Below, in pieces: positions 21,619-31,660 of a stretch of DNA of 64,000 bases. The DNA lies in assembly GCA_017549105.1 (NCBI GenBank), contig JAFYVN010000010.1, forward strand, positions 17,261 to 81,260, read 5' to 3'. The notes under the pieces were generated by a model. The model had not been told where the DNA came from, ran no database searches, and worked only from the letters and a program-made list of their open reading frames with translations. Within the stretch, counting starts at the first letter, position 1. Each line of letters starts with the position of its first letter. The position numbers were made by a program, and so were the translations under genes. This stretch comes from Clostridia bacterium. GTDB taxonomy: Bacteria > Bacillota > Clostridia > Oscillospirales > Acutalibacteraceae.

Positions 21619-22635
21619 TCAGTCACCGTAGCCGTTGGGATTCTGTGACTGCCATCTCCACGAGTCTTCGCACATTTCGTCAATGCCTCTGACAGCTTCC
21701 CAGCCGAGTTCTGCTTTTGCTTTTGATGGGTCGGAATAGCAGGTTGCGATGTCGCCGGGTCTTCTGGGTGCGATTACATATTTGATGGGCTTGTCGCAAG
21801 CTTTTTCAAATGCTTTTACAACTTCAAGAACGCTGTAGCCGTTGCCTGTGCCGAGGTTATAGGTGAAGCATCCGTTTTCACCGAGAACCTTTTCAACCGC
21901 TTTGAGATGACCGAGTGCAAGGTCAACAACGTGGATATAGTCGCGAACACCTGTGCCGTCGGGAGTGGGATAGTCGTTGCCGTTGACGTTGAGGTGAGAA
22001 AGCTTGCCGATTGCAACCTGAGTGATGTAAGGAACAAGGTTGTTGGGGATACCGTTGGGATCTTCACCGATTCTGCCGCTCTTGTGTGCACCGATAGGAT
22101 TGAAATAACGGAGAAGGCAGACGCTCCATTCGCTGTCGGATGCGCAGACATCCTTGAGGATTCTTTCGATATAAAGTTTGGTTGTGCCGTAGGGATTGGT
22201 TGTTTTTCCCTCTGGCATATCTTCTTTGAGAGGAGAAATGTTTTCACTTCCGTAAACGGTTGCCGATGAGCTGAAAACAATTTTCTTGCAACCTGCTGCA
22301 GCCATTGCTTCGCAAAGGATAACGGAGCCGCCGATATTGTTGTCATAATATTCGAGCGGTTTTGCACAGCTTTCGCCAACAGCCTTAAGACCTGCAAAGT
22401 GAATTACAGCATCAATCTTGTTTTCTGCGAAAATTTTGTCAAGTCCTGCACGGTCACGGATATCGCATTCGTAGAACTTAACATCCTTTCCCGTAATTTC
22501 TTTGATACGTTTTACACTTTCGCTCTTGCTGTTGCAGAGATTATCGAGTATAATAGGGTCATAGCCTGCATTGAGAAGTTCGACGCAGGTGTGTGAACCG
22601 ATGAATCCGGCACCGCCGGTAACAAGAATAGACAT
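21619..22635 (-). CDS. galE: UDP-glucose 4-epimerase
   Basis: [37 protein letters not shown] and [10 protein letters not shown] motifs. Confidence 0.96.
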   Translation of the reverse strand: MSILVTGGAGFIGSHTCVELLNAGYDPIILDNLCNSKSESVKRIKEITGKDVKFYECDIRDRAGLDKIFAENKIDAVIHFAGLKAVGESCAKPLEYYDNNIGGSVILCEAMAAAGCKKIVFSSSATVYGSENISPLKEDMPEGKTTNPYGTTKLYIERILKDVCASDSEWSVCLLRYFNPIGAHKSGRIGEDPNGIPNNLVPYITQVAIGKLSHLNVNGNDYPTPDGTGVRDYIHVVDLALGHLKAVEKVLGENGCFTYNLGTGNGYSVLEVVKAFEKACDKPIKYVIAPRRPGDIATCYSDPSKAKAELGWEAVRGIDEMCEDSWRWQSQNPNGYGD

Positions 22636-22737
22636 TTACATATCCCTCCATAATAAATCTAACAATTATTATAAAGATTTTTTATTATAAAATCAACAGA
22701 CGGATATACAATAATTTTCGAAAAGGGAGTGCATTTT

Positions 22738-23397
22738 TTGACAAGCTATGAAAATTTGAGGCACGACAGCGAAATTCTTGCGCTTATCAAGGCGGCAAAC
22801 GACGTTCTCGGTGCAATAGGTTTCACCGAGCACGGAATGGCGCATTGCGTAAAAACAGGAACGGATGCGGAAAGAATTCTTGCAACTCTCGGCTACCCCG
22901 AAAGGGAATGCGAGCTTGTGAAAATTGCGGGTTTGATTCACGATATCGGCAACACTGTTAACCGTACCAACCACGCTCATAACGGTGCACTTCTTGCTTT
23001 TTCGCTTCTCAAAGAAAGAAACTTCCCGATTGACGAAGTTATTGCAATAACAACGGCTATCGGTCATCACGACGAAAAGACAGCCGCACCCGTAACTCCG
23101 ATAGCGGCAGCTCTTATTCTTGCAGACAAAAGCGATGTGCGTGCAACAAGAGTACGCAACAAAAACGATATATATACAGATATTCACGACAGAGTCAATT
23201 ATGCTGTAACCGAATCAAAGCTTACCATTATAAAAGAACGCAGACTGATAATTCTTGAGCTTGAAATCGACACATATATCTGCCCTGTTATGGAGTATTT
23301 TGAAATCTTTCTTGAAAGAATGGTGCTTTGCAAAAAGTCCGCCGCGTTTCTCGGTTGCGATTTTGAGCTTATTATTAATGATACGAGGTTACTGTAA
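22738..23397 (+). CDS. HD-domain phosphohydrolase
   Basis: TEHGMAH, IHDIGN, GHHDE and ADKSDVR motifs; TTG start behind GGGAG. Confidence 0.88.
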   Translation: MTSYENLRHDSEILALIKAANDVLGAIGFTEHGMAHCVKTGTDAERILATLGYPERECELVKIAGLIHDIGNTVNRTNHAHNGALLAFSLLKERNFPIDEVIAITTAIGHHDEKTAAPVTPIAAALILADKSDVRATRVRNKNDIYTDIHDRVNYAVTESKLTIIKERRLIILELEIDTYICPVMEYFEIFLERMVLCKKSAAFLGCDFELIINDTRLL

Positions 23398-24260
23398 TGT
23401 ATAATTTAACCGACATTGGAACAATAAAAGAAATTCTCGGCAGACACGGTTTTCATTTTTCGAAAGCGCTTGGTCAGAATTTTATAGTCAATCCTTCGGT
23501 TTGCCCGAGAATGGCGGAGGAAAGCGGTATAGACGAAAACTGCGGTGTAATCGAAATCGGTGCGGGTATCGGTGTGCTTACTGCCGAGCTTGCAAAGAGA
23601 GCAAAGAAGGTTGTGGTTATCGAAATCGACACAAAGCTTTTGCCGATTCTCGATGAAACTCTCAAAGATTTTGATAATATCGAAATAATTAATCAGGATG
23701 TACTCAAAACAGATCTTGCGGCACTTATCAGGGAAAAATTTGACGGAATGCCCGTTTACGTCTGCGCAAACCTGCCTTATTATATAACATCCCCCGTCAT
23801 TATGGCGCTTCTTGAAAGCAGACTGCCGATTGAAGCGGTGACTGTTATGGTGCAGAAAGAGGCGGCGCAGAGAATCTGTGCACCCGTCGGAAGCCGTCTT
23901 TCGGGTGCGGTTACGGTTGCGGTTGATTATTATGCACACGCACAGAAGCTTTTTGACGTTTCGGCAGGCTCGTTTATGCCCGCTCCGAAGGTTGACAGCT
24001 GCGTTATCAGAATGGATATCCGTAAAACACCCGAAATCGAAATAACAGATGAAGAGCTGTTTTTCAGAATGGTGCACGCTGCCTTCGGTCAGCGAAGAAA
24101 GACTGCGGCAAATTCAATCAGCGCAGGTTCTGGAATACCGAAAGATGTTGTTATCAAAGCGATTGAGGAATGCGGATTTGAACCCTCTGTGCGAGCTGAA
24201 GGTCTTACGATGCAGGAGCTTGCAATGCTCAGCGAGAAAATTTCGGGTCTTATGAAATAA
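23397..24260 (+). CDS. rsmA: 16S rRNA m6,2A dimethyltransferase
   Basis: KALGQNF, IEIGAGIG, ANLPYYITSP and FMPAPKVDS motifs. Confidence 0.96.
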   Translation: MYNLTDIGTIKEILGRHGFHFSKALGQNFIVNPSVCPRMAEESGIDENCGVIEIGAGIGVLTAELAKRAKKVVVIEIDTKLLPILDETLKDFDNIEIINQDVLKTDLAALIREKFDGMPVYVCANLPYYITSPVIMALLESRLPIEAVTVMVQKEAAQRICAPVGSRLSGAVTVAVDYYAHAQKLFDVSAGSFMPAPKVDSCVIRMDIRKTPEIEITDEELFFRMVHAAFGQRRKTAANSISAGSGIPKDVVIKAIEECGFEPSVRAEGLTMQELAMLSEKISGLMK

Positions 24261-24272
24261 ATTTTATTTCCC

Positions 24273-24301
24273 TTGACAAAAAATCCTATATAAGTTAATA
24301 T
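24273..24301 (+). promoter_or_regulatory. sigma-A promoter of the lysine-riboswitch transcript
   Basis: TTGACA-17 nt-TAATAT. Confidence 0.75.
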
Positions 24302-24315
24302 TAAGTCATAAAAAG

Positions 24316-24479
24316 CAAAGATAGAGGCGCAAAAACTAAAAGTATGCCGTTTTCCGTCGGGAAATGGAGCGGCTGAAAGGAGTTTTTGCCGAGGTTGACA
24401 TTCGCTTGCCCGAAGTGATGTCTGCCGGTATGTCACAGAATATGTGCCATACTGTCACGGTTGTGGAGAGCTATCGCAA
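24316..24479 (+). ncRNA. Lysine (L-box) riboswitch
   Basis: GATAGAGGCGC...AGTA...GAAAGG...GCCGA...CTGTCAC...GGAGAGCTATC conserved blocks; P1 GATAG/CTATC; upstream of an NhaC-family transporter. Confidence 0.9.
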
Positions 24480-24488
24480 AGGATTTTC

Positions 24489-24527
24489 AGCTTCGGTATA
24501 CAGCCGTTAATGTATATCGGAGCTTTT
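24489..24527 (+). terminator. Riboswitch expression-platform terminator
   Basis: AGCTTCGGTATACA...TGTATATCGGAGCT-TTT hairpin between the aptamer and the RBS. Confidence 0.75.
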
Positions 24528-24549
24528 AATATTTTATGGAGGTCTGATT

Positions 24550-26418
24550 ATGACTAACAAGAGAAAACTTGCGGCAATCTGTATTGTTATTGCCCTTCTC
24601 GGCTCGATGTTCTGCACATTCAGTTTTGCAATCGCAGATGACTCGGCTGCAGCTGCAACCGAAGGCGAAGTTGCAATCCTTATGGCGGCAGACGACACAT
24701 TGACAACAGGCGCAAACACGGCATTTTCGGTTGACGTTGACGGTGAAGCTGTTGACTACGACCTTTCTGACGGTGACTCCGCTCACGCTTATGTTGATTC
24801 TTATGCGGATAACCTCACAAACGACCCGAATTTCAAAACAAATATCGAAACAGCTATTGCAAAGGTTCGTGAGAGCATCGGTTCTTACGCATCAATCCTT
24901 GCTCTTCTTCCTCCCGTAATCGCAATCGTTCTTGCGCTTATCACAAAGGAAGTTTATTCATCGCTTATTATCGGTATTGTTGTAGGCGGCTTCATTTTTG
25001 CGGGCGGCAACTTTGAAACAGCAATCAACCATGTTCTGTTTGACGGCTTTGTTGCAAGCCTTTCAGACAGCTATAATATGGGTATCATCATCTTCCTCGT
25101 TCTTCTCGGTGCACTTGTTTCGATGATGAATAAGGCCGGCGGTTCGGCTGCTTTCGGCAGATGGGCATCAAAGCACATCAAGTCAAGAGTCGGTGCACAG
25201 CTTGCAACCATCCTTCTCGGTTGCCTTATCTTCATCGATGACTATTTCAACTGCCTTACAGTCGGTTCTGTTATGAGACCCGTATGCGACGAAAAGAAGG
25301 TTTCAAGAGCAAAGCTTGCATATCTTATTGATGCTACCGCAGCTCCCATTTGCATTATAGCTCCCATTTCATCATGGGCGGCAGCTGTTGCAGGCTTCGC
25401 AAGAGGCGCAGGCGCAGAAAGCGGTATCAGTCTTTTCGTTCAGGCTATTCCCTATAACTTCTACGCACTTTTCACCATCCTTATGATGGTTGTTATTGCA
25501 GTAAGCAAGTTCGATTTCGGTCCTATGAGACTTCACGAGAAAAATGCTCTCGAAAAGGGAGATCTTTTTACAACAGGCGAGCGTGTTGAAGCAAGCGATG
25601 AAGCTTCAAATCCCAAGGGTAAGGTTATCGACCTTGTTCTTCCCGTTGTTGTACTTATCATCTGTTGCGTATTCGGTATGATTTATTCAGGCGGATTCTT
25701 CAGCGGTGAAAGCTTTATTGATGCGTTCTCAAATTCGGATGCTTCCGTAGGTCTTGTTATCGGTTCGGCAATTGCGATTGTATTCACCGTTGCATATCTT
25801 CTTATCAGAAGAGTTATCAGCTTCAAGGACGCAATGGCATCTCTTCCCGACGGCTTCAAGGCTATGGTTCCTGCTATCCTTATTCTTACCTGTGCATGGA
25901 CTCTTAAGGCTATGACAGACAGCCTCGGCGCAAAGATTTATATTTCACAGCTTGTTGAAGGCAGTGCAGGCGCATTCCAGATGCTTCTTCCCGCTATCAT
26001 CTTCCTTATCGCTGTAGGTCTTTCATTCGCAACAGGCACATCATGGGGTACCTTCGGTATTCTTATCCCCATCGTTCTCAGCGTATTCGATGCAAGCAAT
26101 CCTCTTATGATTATTGCTATTTCGGCTTGTATGGCAGGTGCTGTTTGCGGTGACCACTGCTCACCCATTTCAGATACAACAATTATGGCTTCAGCCGGTG
26201 CACAGAGCGACCACCTCAACCACGTTTCAACCCAGCTTCCTTATGCACTTACAGTTGCGGGAATCTCGTTTGTAACATATATTATTGCAGGTTTTCTCGC
26301 AAAGTCGGGTCTTGCAATTGTTGCTCTTCCCATCGGTGCTGTTCTTACCGTTGCAGTTCTTCTTGTTGTCAAGAAATCGGCTTCGAAAAAGGGTATGAAC
26401 TTCAAGACATTCAAATAA
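24550..26418 (+). CDS. NhaC-family transporter, probably lysine uptake (LysW-like), with N-terminal extension
   Basis: IFIDDYFNCLTVGSVMRP, IAPISSWAA, SFATGTSWGTFGI and GDHCSPISDTTI motifs; under a lysine riboswitch. Confidence 0.88.
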   Translation: MTNKRKLAAICIVIALLGSMFCTFSFAIADDSAAAATEGEVAILMAADDTLTTGANTAFSVDVDGEAVDYDLSDGDSAHAYVDSYADNLTNDPNFKTNIETAIAKVRESIGSYASILALLPPVIAIVLALITKEVYSSLIIGIVVGGFIFAGGNFETAINHVLFDGFVASLSDSYNMGIIIFLVLLGALVSMMNKAGGSAAFGRWASKHIKSRVGAQLATILLGCLIFIDDYFNCLTVGSVMRPVCDEKKVSRAKLAYLIDATAAPICIIAPISSWAAAVAGFARGAGAESGISLFVQAIPYNFYALFTILMMVVIAVSKFDFGPMRLHEKNALEKGDLFTTGERVEASDEASNPKGKVIDLVLPVVVLIICCVFGMIYSGGFFSGESFIDAFSNSDASVGLVIGSAIAIVFTVAYLLIRRVISFKDAMASLPDGFKAMVPAILILTCAWTLKAMTDSLGAKIYISQLVEGSAGAFQMLLPAIIFLIAVGLSFATGTSWGTFGILIPIVLSVFDASNPLMIIAISACMAGAVCGDHCSPISDTTIMASAGAQSDHLNHVSTQLPYALTVAGISFVTYIIAGFLAKSGLAIVALPIGAVLTVAVLLVVKKSASKKGMNFKTFK

Positions 26419-26431
26419 TTATCGGTATTCA

Positions 26432-26467
26432 GCGGCGCACTTCATTATGGAGTGCGCCGTTATTTTT
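26432..26467 (+). terminator. Intrinsic terminator
   Basis: GCGGCGCACTTCAT/ATGGAGTGCGCCGT followed by TATTTTT. Confidence 0.8.
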
Positions 26468-26566
26468 GACATATTGTTTCCTCTTGATTTTTTATGATAA
26501 ATCGATATAATATAAAATGGAAAAACTTATGCAACTAAATTAAGGGAAAGCAAAGGTGACTTGAAA

Positions 26567-28738
26567 ATGAGAAAAATAACCAACATAAACAGCGGCTGGG
26601 ATTTTATCAAGGACGGTGTTGCTGAGAAGGTTGACCTTCCTCATACCTGGAATGCTGTTGACGGTCAGGGCGGCGCAGATGAATATTACAGAGGCAGATG
26701 CGTTTATGAAAGAACGATTCCTTACTTCGACGGCAGAGTTTATCTTGAATTCTGCGGTGCCAACACCGTGTGCGAGGTTTTTGTTAACGGCATTTATATC
26801 GGCAGTCACGAAAACGGCTATTCTATGTTCCGTTTCGAAATTACCGATTTCATTAAGGCAGACGAAGAAAACACACTCAGAGTTATTGTTGATAACACTG
26901 CAAATGAATTTCTTTATCCCGAGATGGCGGACTTTACCTTCTACGGCGGTATTTACAGAGATGTAAATATCATCAGCGAGGTTGCGCAGTCTCATTTTGC
27001 GCTTCTTGATATGAGCCTTTGCGGTATGTATATCACTCCCAAGGCAGATGGCAGAGTGTTTGTCAAGAGCCTTATCGAAGGCAGCTGTATGGGTCTTACA
27101 AAGGAATTTGTTATTACTGATGCGGAAGGTAACGAAGTTGCAAAGAGAGAGGTTGAGGCGGATAAGGATGCGGTCAAACTCTTTATTGAAGAACCTGTTC
27201 TCTGGGATGCAACCGCAAATCCCTATCTTTATACAATGACTGCACGTCTTAAGAAGGACGGCGAAATTATTGACGAAATCAGCGACCGTTTCGGTGTCCG
27301 TGAATTTTATTTTGACAGCGTAAAAGGTTTCTTCCTTAACGGAAAGAACGTTAAGATGAAGGGTGTTTCAAGACATCAGGACAGATGGCAGATGGGTAAT
27401 GCTCTCACTCTCAAAGAGCACGCAGAGGATATTGAGCTTATCAAGGAAGTCGGCGCAAACTCAATCAGACTTGCTCACTATCAGCACGACGAAAAGTTCT
27501 ATGACCTGTGCGACGAAGCAGGTTTCCTTGTATGGGCAGAAATTCCCGTTATCTCTAATTTCAGCAAGAAAAAGCAGGCTCAGGCAAAGTTTATGCTTGA
27601 GGAGCTTATCAGACAGAATTACAACCATCCCTCAATCTATTGCTGGAGCGTTGCAAACGAAATCGGTATCAACGGCGCTGCTTCGGGTCTTGCGGCGGGC
27701 ATTAAGGAGCTCAACGATATTGCTCACGCTCTTGACTCAACAAGACCCACCGTTACCGCTCAGGTAACTATGACTTCAATCAACTCAAAGCTCAACGAAA
27801 TCCCCGATATTCTTGGGTATAACCACTATTACGGCTGGTATATGCAGACGGTTGAAGGTATTGACAAGTGGCTCGATAAGTTCCGCGAAGCAAAGCCTCA
27901 CCTCAAGCTCAGCCTTTCGGAATACGGTGCGGAAGGTATGACAAATCTTCACTCCGCAAACCCCGTTCAGGGCGACTACACCGAGGAATACCAGGCATAT
28001 TATCACGAGCATTATATCAAGGCAATCAACGAGCGTGACTGGCTCTGGGGTTCATATGTCTGGAATATGTTTGATTTCGGTTCGGCAATCCGTAACGAAG
28101 GCGGCGTAAAAGGCAGAAACAACAAGGGGCTTGTTACCTTCGACAGAAAAATCAAGAAGGATGCATTCTTTGTTTATAAGGCATATTGGTCAGACGAAAA
28201 GTTCGTTCACATTGCGGGTGAAAGATTTGTTGACAGACCGACGGGCGAACAAAAAATCAAGGTCTATTCCAACTGCGATAAGGTAACTCTCACCGTAAAC
28301 GGTGAAAAGACAGAGCTTGAAGGCGATAAGATTTTTGAGTTTGACGCAGTAATCAAAGAAGGCGAAAATGTTATTACCGCAAAGTCGGGTAAATGCACCC
28401 ATAAGATTACCGTTAACGGCACGGATATTCCCAATCCCGATTATGTTCTTCCCGACGGATGCGAAAGCTTTGTGCGCAACTGGTTCAGTTCAAGCGACGA
28501 AATCAATCCCGATAATCTTTCGCTTAACGATAATCTCGGTGATATTCTTTTCAACAGCGAGGTTCAGCGTCTTGCAAAGAATCACGCAAAGATAACTATT
28601 GATAAGGATATGCCTATTCTCAAGCCTATTGCAAAGATTCCTCTCAAGCCCATCAGCAAGCTTGCGACAAAGCTCGGTGCGGGAGAGGCAATTTCAATGG
28701 CAAACCAGTTCCTCCAGACAATCGAAAAGGACAAATAA
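26567..28738 (+). CDS. GH2 glycoside hydrolase (beta-galactosidase/glucuronidase-like)
   Basis: LPHTWN, DFTFYGGIYRDV, GVSRHQD, IRLAHYQ, WSVANE, SEYGA and WNMFDF motifs. Confidence 0.92.
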   Translation: MRKITNINSGWDFIKDGVAEKVDLPHTWNAVDGQGGADEYYRGRCVYERTIPYFDGRVYLEFCGANTVCEVFVNGIYIGSHENGYSMFRFEITDFIKADEENTLRVIVDNTANEFLYPEMADFTFYGGIYRDVNIISEVAQSHFALLDMSLCGMYITPKADGRVFVKSLIEGSCMGLTKEFVITDAEGNEVAKREVEADKDAVKLFIEEPVLWDATANPYLYTMTARLKKDGEIIDEISDRFGVREFYFDSVKGFFLNGKNVKMKGVSRHQDRWQMGNALTLKEHAEDIELIKEVGANSIRLAHYQHDEKFYDLCDEAGFLVWAEIPVISNFSKKKQAQAKFMLEELIRQNYNHPSIYCWSVANEIGINGAASGLAAGIKELNDIAHALDSTRPTVTAQVTMTSINSKLNEIPDILGYNHYYGWYMQTVEGIDKWLDKFREAKPHLKLSLSEYGAEGMTNLHSANPVQGDYTEEYQAYYHEHYIKAINERDWLWGSYVWNMFDFGSAIRNEGGVKGRNNKGLVTFDRKIKKDAFFVYKAYWSDEKFVHIAGERFVDRPTGEQKIKVYSNCDKVTLTVNGEKTELEGDKIFEFDAVIKEGENVITAKSGKCTHKITVNGTDIPNPDYVLPDGCESFVRNWFSSSDEINPDNLSLNDNLGDILFNSEVQRLAKNHAKITIDKDMPILKPIAKIPLKPISKLATKLGAGEAISMANQFLQTIEKDK

Positions 28739-28746
28739 TTATTGTA

Positions 28747-28772
28747 ACACATTTCTGTTTCTGACATAAGAT
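28747..28772 (+). promoter_or_regulatory. Putative sigma-K (mother-cell) promoter
   Basis: AC-16 nt-CATAAGAT matches the AC-N16-CATANNNT consensus. The motif is short, so the match could be chance. Confidence 0.5.
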
Positions 28773-28825
28773 GTGGATGTAAGCGGTTGATAAAAGCTGC
28801 TTAACCGGAAACGGAGGTCAGATTC

Positions 28826-28963
28826 ATGGGTTGCGGATGCAATAACAACTGGTGTCTTTTCATCATCCTTATTCTCCTCTTCTGTAACGGCGATTGCGGT
28901 AACAACAGCTGTGGCTGTCAGATGAGCAGAAGCAATGACTGCGGCTGTGGCTGCGGTTGCTAA
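28826..28963 (+). CDS. Small Cys/Gly-rich protein (45 aa), probable spore-coat-type peptide; absent from the ORF track
   Basis: GGAGG RBS 8 nt before ATG; MGCGCNNNWCLFIILILLFCNGDCGNNSCGCQMSRSNDCGCGCGC; followed by a terminator. Confidence 0.85.
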   Translation: MGCGCNNNWCLFIILILLFCNGDCGNNSCGCQMSRSNDCGCGCGC

Positions 28964-28987
28964 AGCAAAAGAGATAAAGTAAAAAAA

Positions 28988-29028
28988 GAAAGCGGTTTGC
29001 AGAGGTTTTACCTTTGCAAGCCGCTTTT
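28988..29028. terminator. Bidirectional terminator
   Basis: AAAGCGGTTTGCAGAGG-tttta-CCTTTGCAAGCCGCTTTT. Confidence 0.85.
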
Positions 29029-29038
29029 GACATATAAT

Positions 29039-30139
29039 TCATATTTCCGAAAGAATTTTCTCTGCTTCTTCCATAGTCAGTCCGCCGGGTGAAGCAGTGA
29101 AATTTCTCGGGATAACGCTCTGCCAGCGCAGGGCGAATTTTTTTGCGTTTTCTTTGCCGATAACGGCACCTCCAAGGTCGGTCAGAGATGAAATTACGGC
29201 TTTTACTTTGCCGATTTCATCGGTCATTTTGCAGAAATTCGCAAATTTTTCGGGTGCAAATTCCGCACATCTGTCAACAAACGGAGCAAAAAATGCGGCG
29301 CAAGCCATACCGTGGGGCACACCGTAGTTTTCGGTCAGAACATAGCCGAGAGGGTGGGGGAATGCAGTGCCGCAGGTGTTGATTACAAGTCCTGCATAAA
29401 TTGATGCATAATAAAGTTTTTCTCTGATTTCATCGGGTACGGTATCGGTTTGCGAAAGAATTTCAAGGCAGGAATAAAGCTTGGGAATGCACTTTTCGGC
29501 AAACAGACGGAGCGGACCGTCACATTTCTGCGTGAAGAAGCCTTCGATTGCGTGGGCGAAGGCATCAAGAGCGGTGGAAACCGTTGTCTTATAAGACATT
29601 GAGTGGGTATATTTCGGGTCGCAGAACGAAACGGCAGCATAGCAGTCCGGGCCGGAGATGCTCTTTTTTATGCCGGTTTCGTCGTTCGTGAGAACTGCAA
29701 CGGCAGTAACCTCACTGCCGGTTCCGGCAGTTGTGCCGATGAGAGCAACGGGGAGAGCTTTATTTTTATATTCTCTTTTATAGATATCAATCGGGGAAAG
29801 TTCGCTGTTTGAGGCATAAATCGCAATTGCTTTTGATGCGTCAAGCACTGAGCCGCCACCGATTCCGAGAATGAAATCAGCACCGATTTCTCTTGCGGCT
29901 TCTCCCGCTTTATGGCAGGCGGAGATAAGCGGATTTTCACCTATTCCGTCAAAAATTCCGTAGGAAACATCCTCTTTTTTTAGCGCTTCAATCGCATCGC
30001 CAAGCGCTCCGCTGAGTTTTGCACTGTTTTTACCCGTTACGATAAGGCAGTTTTTTCCGAGGTCGAGTGCAGATGAATTCTCGCAGACGCAGCCGTTACC
30101 CCAGAAACATTTTGCGGGCATATATATCGAATAAGTCAT
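29039..30139 (-). CDS. Iron-containing alcohol dehydrogenase
   Basis: GIGGGSVLDASK, TTAGTGSEVT, DAFAHAIE, PHPLGY and HGMAC motifs. Confidence 0.9.
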   Translation of the reverse strand: MTYSIYMPAKCFWGNGCVCENSSALDLGKNCLIVTGKNSAKLSGALGDAIEALKKEDVSYGIFDGIGENPLISACHKAGEAAREIGADFILGIGGGSVLDASKAIAIYASNSELSPIDIYKREYKNKALPVALIGTTAGTGSEVTAVAVLTNDETGIKKSISGPDCYAAVSFCDPKYTHSMSYKTTVSTALDAFAHAIEGFFTQKCDGPLRLFAEKCIPKLYSCLEILSQTDTVPDEIREKLYYASIYAGLVINTCGTAFPHPLGYVLTENYGVPHGMACAAFFAPFVDRCAEFAPEKFANFCKMTDEIGKVKAVISSLTDLGGAVIGKENAKKFALRWQSVIPRNFTASPGGLTMEEAEKILSEI

Positions 30140-30299
30140 AGAAATTCTCCTTGTGATTTTGTTTATAGAATTTTACCATAAAAAACTTGAAATTGAAATA
30201 ATTTTCATACATTTTTTTGAAATATGTAAAAAAATCTATTGAAATGTATTAGAAATAAGTGTATTATATATTATTATATTTAATATGGGGAGGAAGGCG

Positions 30300-31298
30300 A
30301 TGAAAAAAACAGTTGCTGCCGTTGTGACGGTTATTGTTGTTGCATTGGTGACGTTTGTTTTTTATGACGGGGTGCTTAACAAAACCTCCGAAGCCGATTT
30401 CTTCTCGATGAAAACCTATGTCACAGCAAAGGTGACCGGCTATGAATCAGACCTTTGTACGGATGAAATTCAAAAGATTGTTGATAATCTTGACGTCAAT
30501 GTGCTTTCGAGAACGGCAGAAGATTCGCTTGTTTCGTCGGTCAACAAAAGCGGTGGAGGTCAGCTTGATATTCAGACTGCGGCATATGTTTCACTTCTTC
30601 TTGATGTCTGCGAAAAGAGCGGCGGCGCTTTTGATTTCACTCTTGGTGCGGTCAGCGATCTGTGGAAATTCGGTTCAACTCCCGAAATTCCCGATCCGAA
30701 TGCTCTTGCAGATGCACTTTCTCACAGCGGATACAAAAAAATATCGCTTGAGGGCGGTAATCTTGTGATGCAGGATAAATCGGCGGTGCTTGATTTCGGC
30801 GCATCCGGCAAAGGGATTGCTCTTGATTCTGTCAAGGCTTATCTTGAAACCCGTGATATAAAGAATGCTGTTGTCAGCGTCGGCGGAAGCACTCTTCTTT
30901 ACGGAGACAAAGATTTTACCGTCGGAATCAGAAATCCCGAAGGCAATGCGGGCAGCTACATTGCAAAGCTTCATATGAACGAAGGCTGTGTTTCGTCGTC
31001 GGGAAGTTATGAGCAATTTTTTGAAGAAAACGGAAAAAGATATCACCACATACTTAATCCCGAAACGGGATATCCCGTTGATAACGGACTCGTTGGAGTG
31101 ACTATTGTTTCCGACAGCGGACTTCTCAGCGATGCGCTTTCGACTGCTTGCTTCGTGCTCGGAATCGAAAAAGGATCTTCGCTTGCGGCTGAATACGGTT
31201 GCACGGCAATTTTTGTTACATCAGACAAAAAAATCTACATTGAGGGCGATGCGGATATCGTTGAGATAACCGATGCTTCATACACCTATGGAAATTAA
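30300..31298 (+). CDS. apbE: FAD:protein FMN transferase (ApbE family)
   Basis: GAFDFT, LDFGASGKG, SSSGSYEQ, RYHHILNPETGYP and SDALSTA motifs. Confidence 0.92.
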   Translation: MKKTVAAVVTVIVVALVTFVFYDGVLNKTSEADFFSMKTYVTAKVTGYESDLCTDEIQKIVDNLDVNVLSRTAEDSLVSSVNKSGGGQLDIQTAAYVSLLLDVCEKSGGAFDFTLGAVSDLWKFGSTPEIPDPNALADALSHSGYKKISLEGGNLVMQDKSAVLDFGASGKGIALDSVKAYLETRDIKNAVVSVGGSTLLYGDKDFTVGIRNPEGNAGSYIAKLHMNEGCVSSSGSYEQFFEENGKRYHHILNPETGYPVDNGLVGVTIVSDSGLLSDALSTACFVLGIEKGSSLAAEYGCTAIFVTSDKKIYIEGDADIVEITDASYTYGN

Positions 31299-31659
31299 GC
31301 TTTTCAGAAAAGGGGATATCGCAGTTGTTGCGCTGATAATCGTTGCGGCACTCGTTTTTGCTTATACAAGCATCTCAAACGCTGATAATCTTCAGGCAGT
31401 GATTACAGTTGACGGCGAAATCGTTGAAACGGTTGATTTATCTTCTGTGAAAGAAAAAATTGTTATAACTCCCGATACTCAGCCGAAGGTTGTTATCGTT
31501 GCGGAAAACGGAGAAATCCGATTTGACTCTGCCGAATGTGATGACAAGCTCTGCGTGAATACCGGGAGCCTTAAAAAAGGCGGAGATACGGCTGTCTGTC
31601 TGCCCGCAAAAACGGTTATAACCGTTGAGGGGGCTGATGTTGATGCTGTGGTTTACTGA
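31288..31659 (+). CDS. NusG domain II-like (Lin0431-like) protein
   Basis: N-terminal TM followed by SAECDDKLCV..G...AVCLPAK. Confidence 0.82.
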   Translation: MEIKLFRKGDIAVVALIIVAALVFAYTSISNADNLQAVITVDGEIVETVDLSSVKEKIVITPDTQPKVVIVAENGEIRFDSAECDDKLCVNTGSLKKGGDTAVCLPAKTVITVEGADVDAVVY

Positions 31660-31660
31660 T

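Noticed and set aside
28826-28963. RiPP (ranthipeptide/sactipeptide) precursor
   Set aside because: No adjacent radical SAM enzyme, peptidase or exporter and no leader/core layout; a structural Cys-rich peptide fits better.
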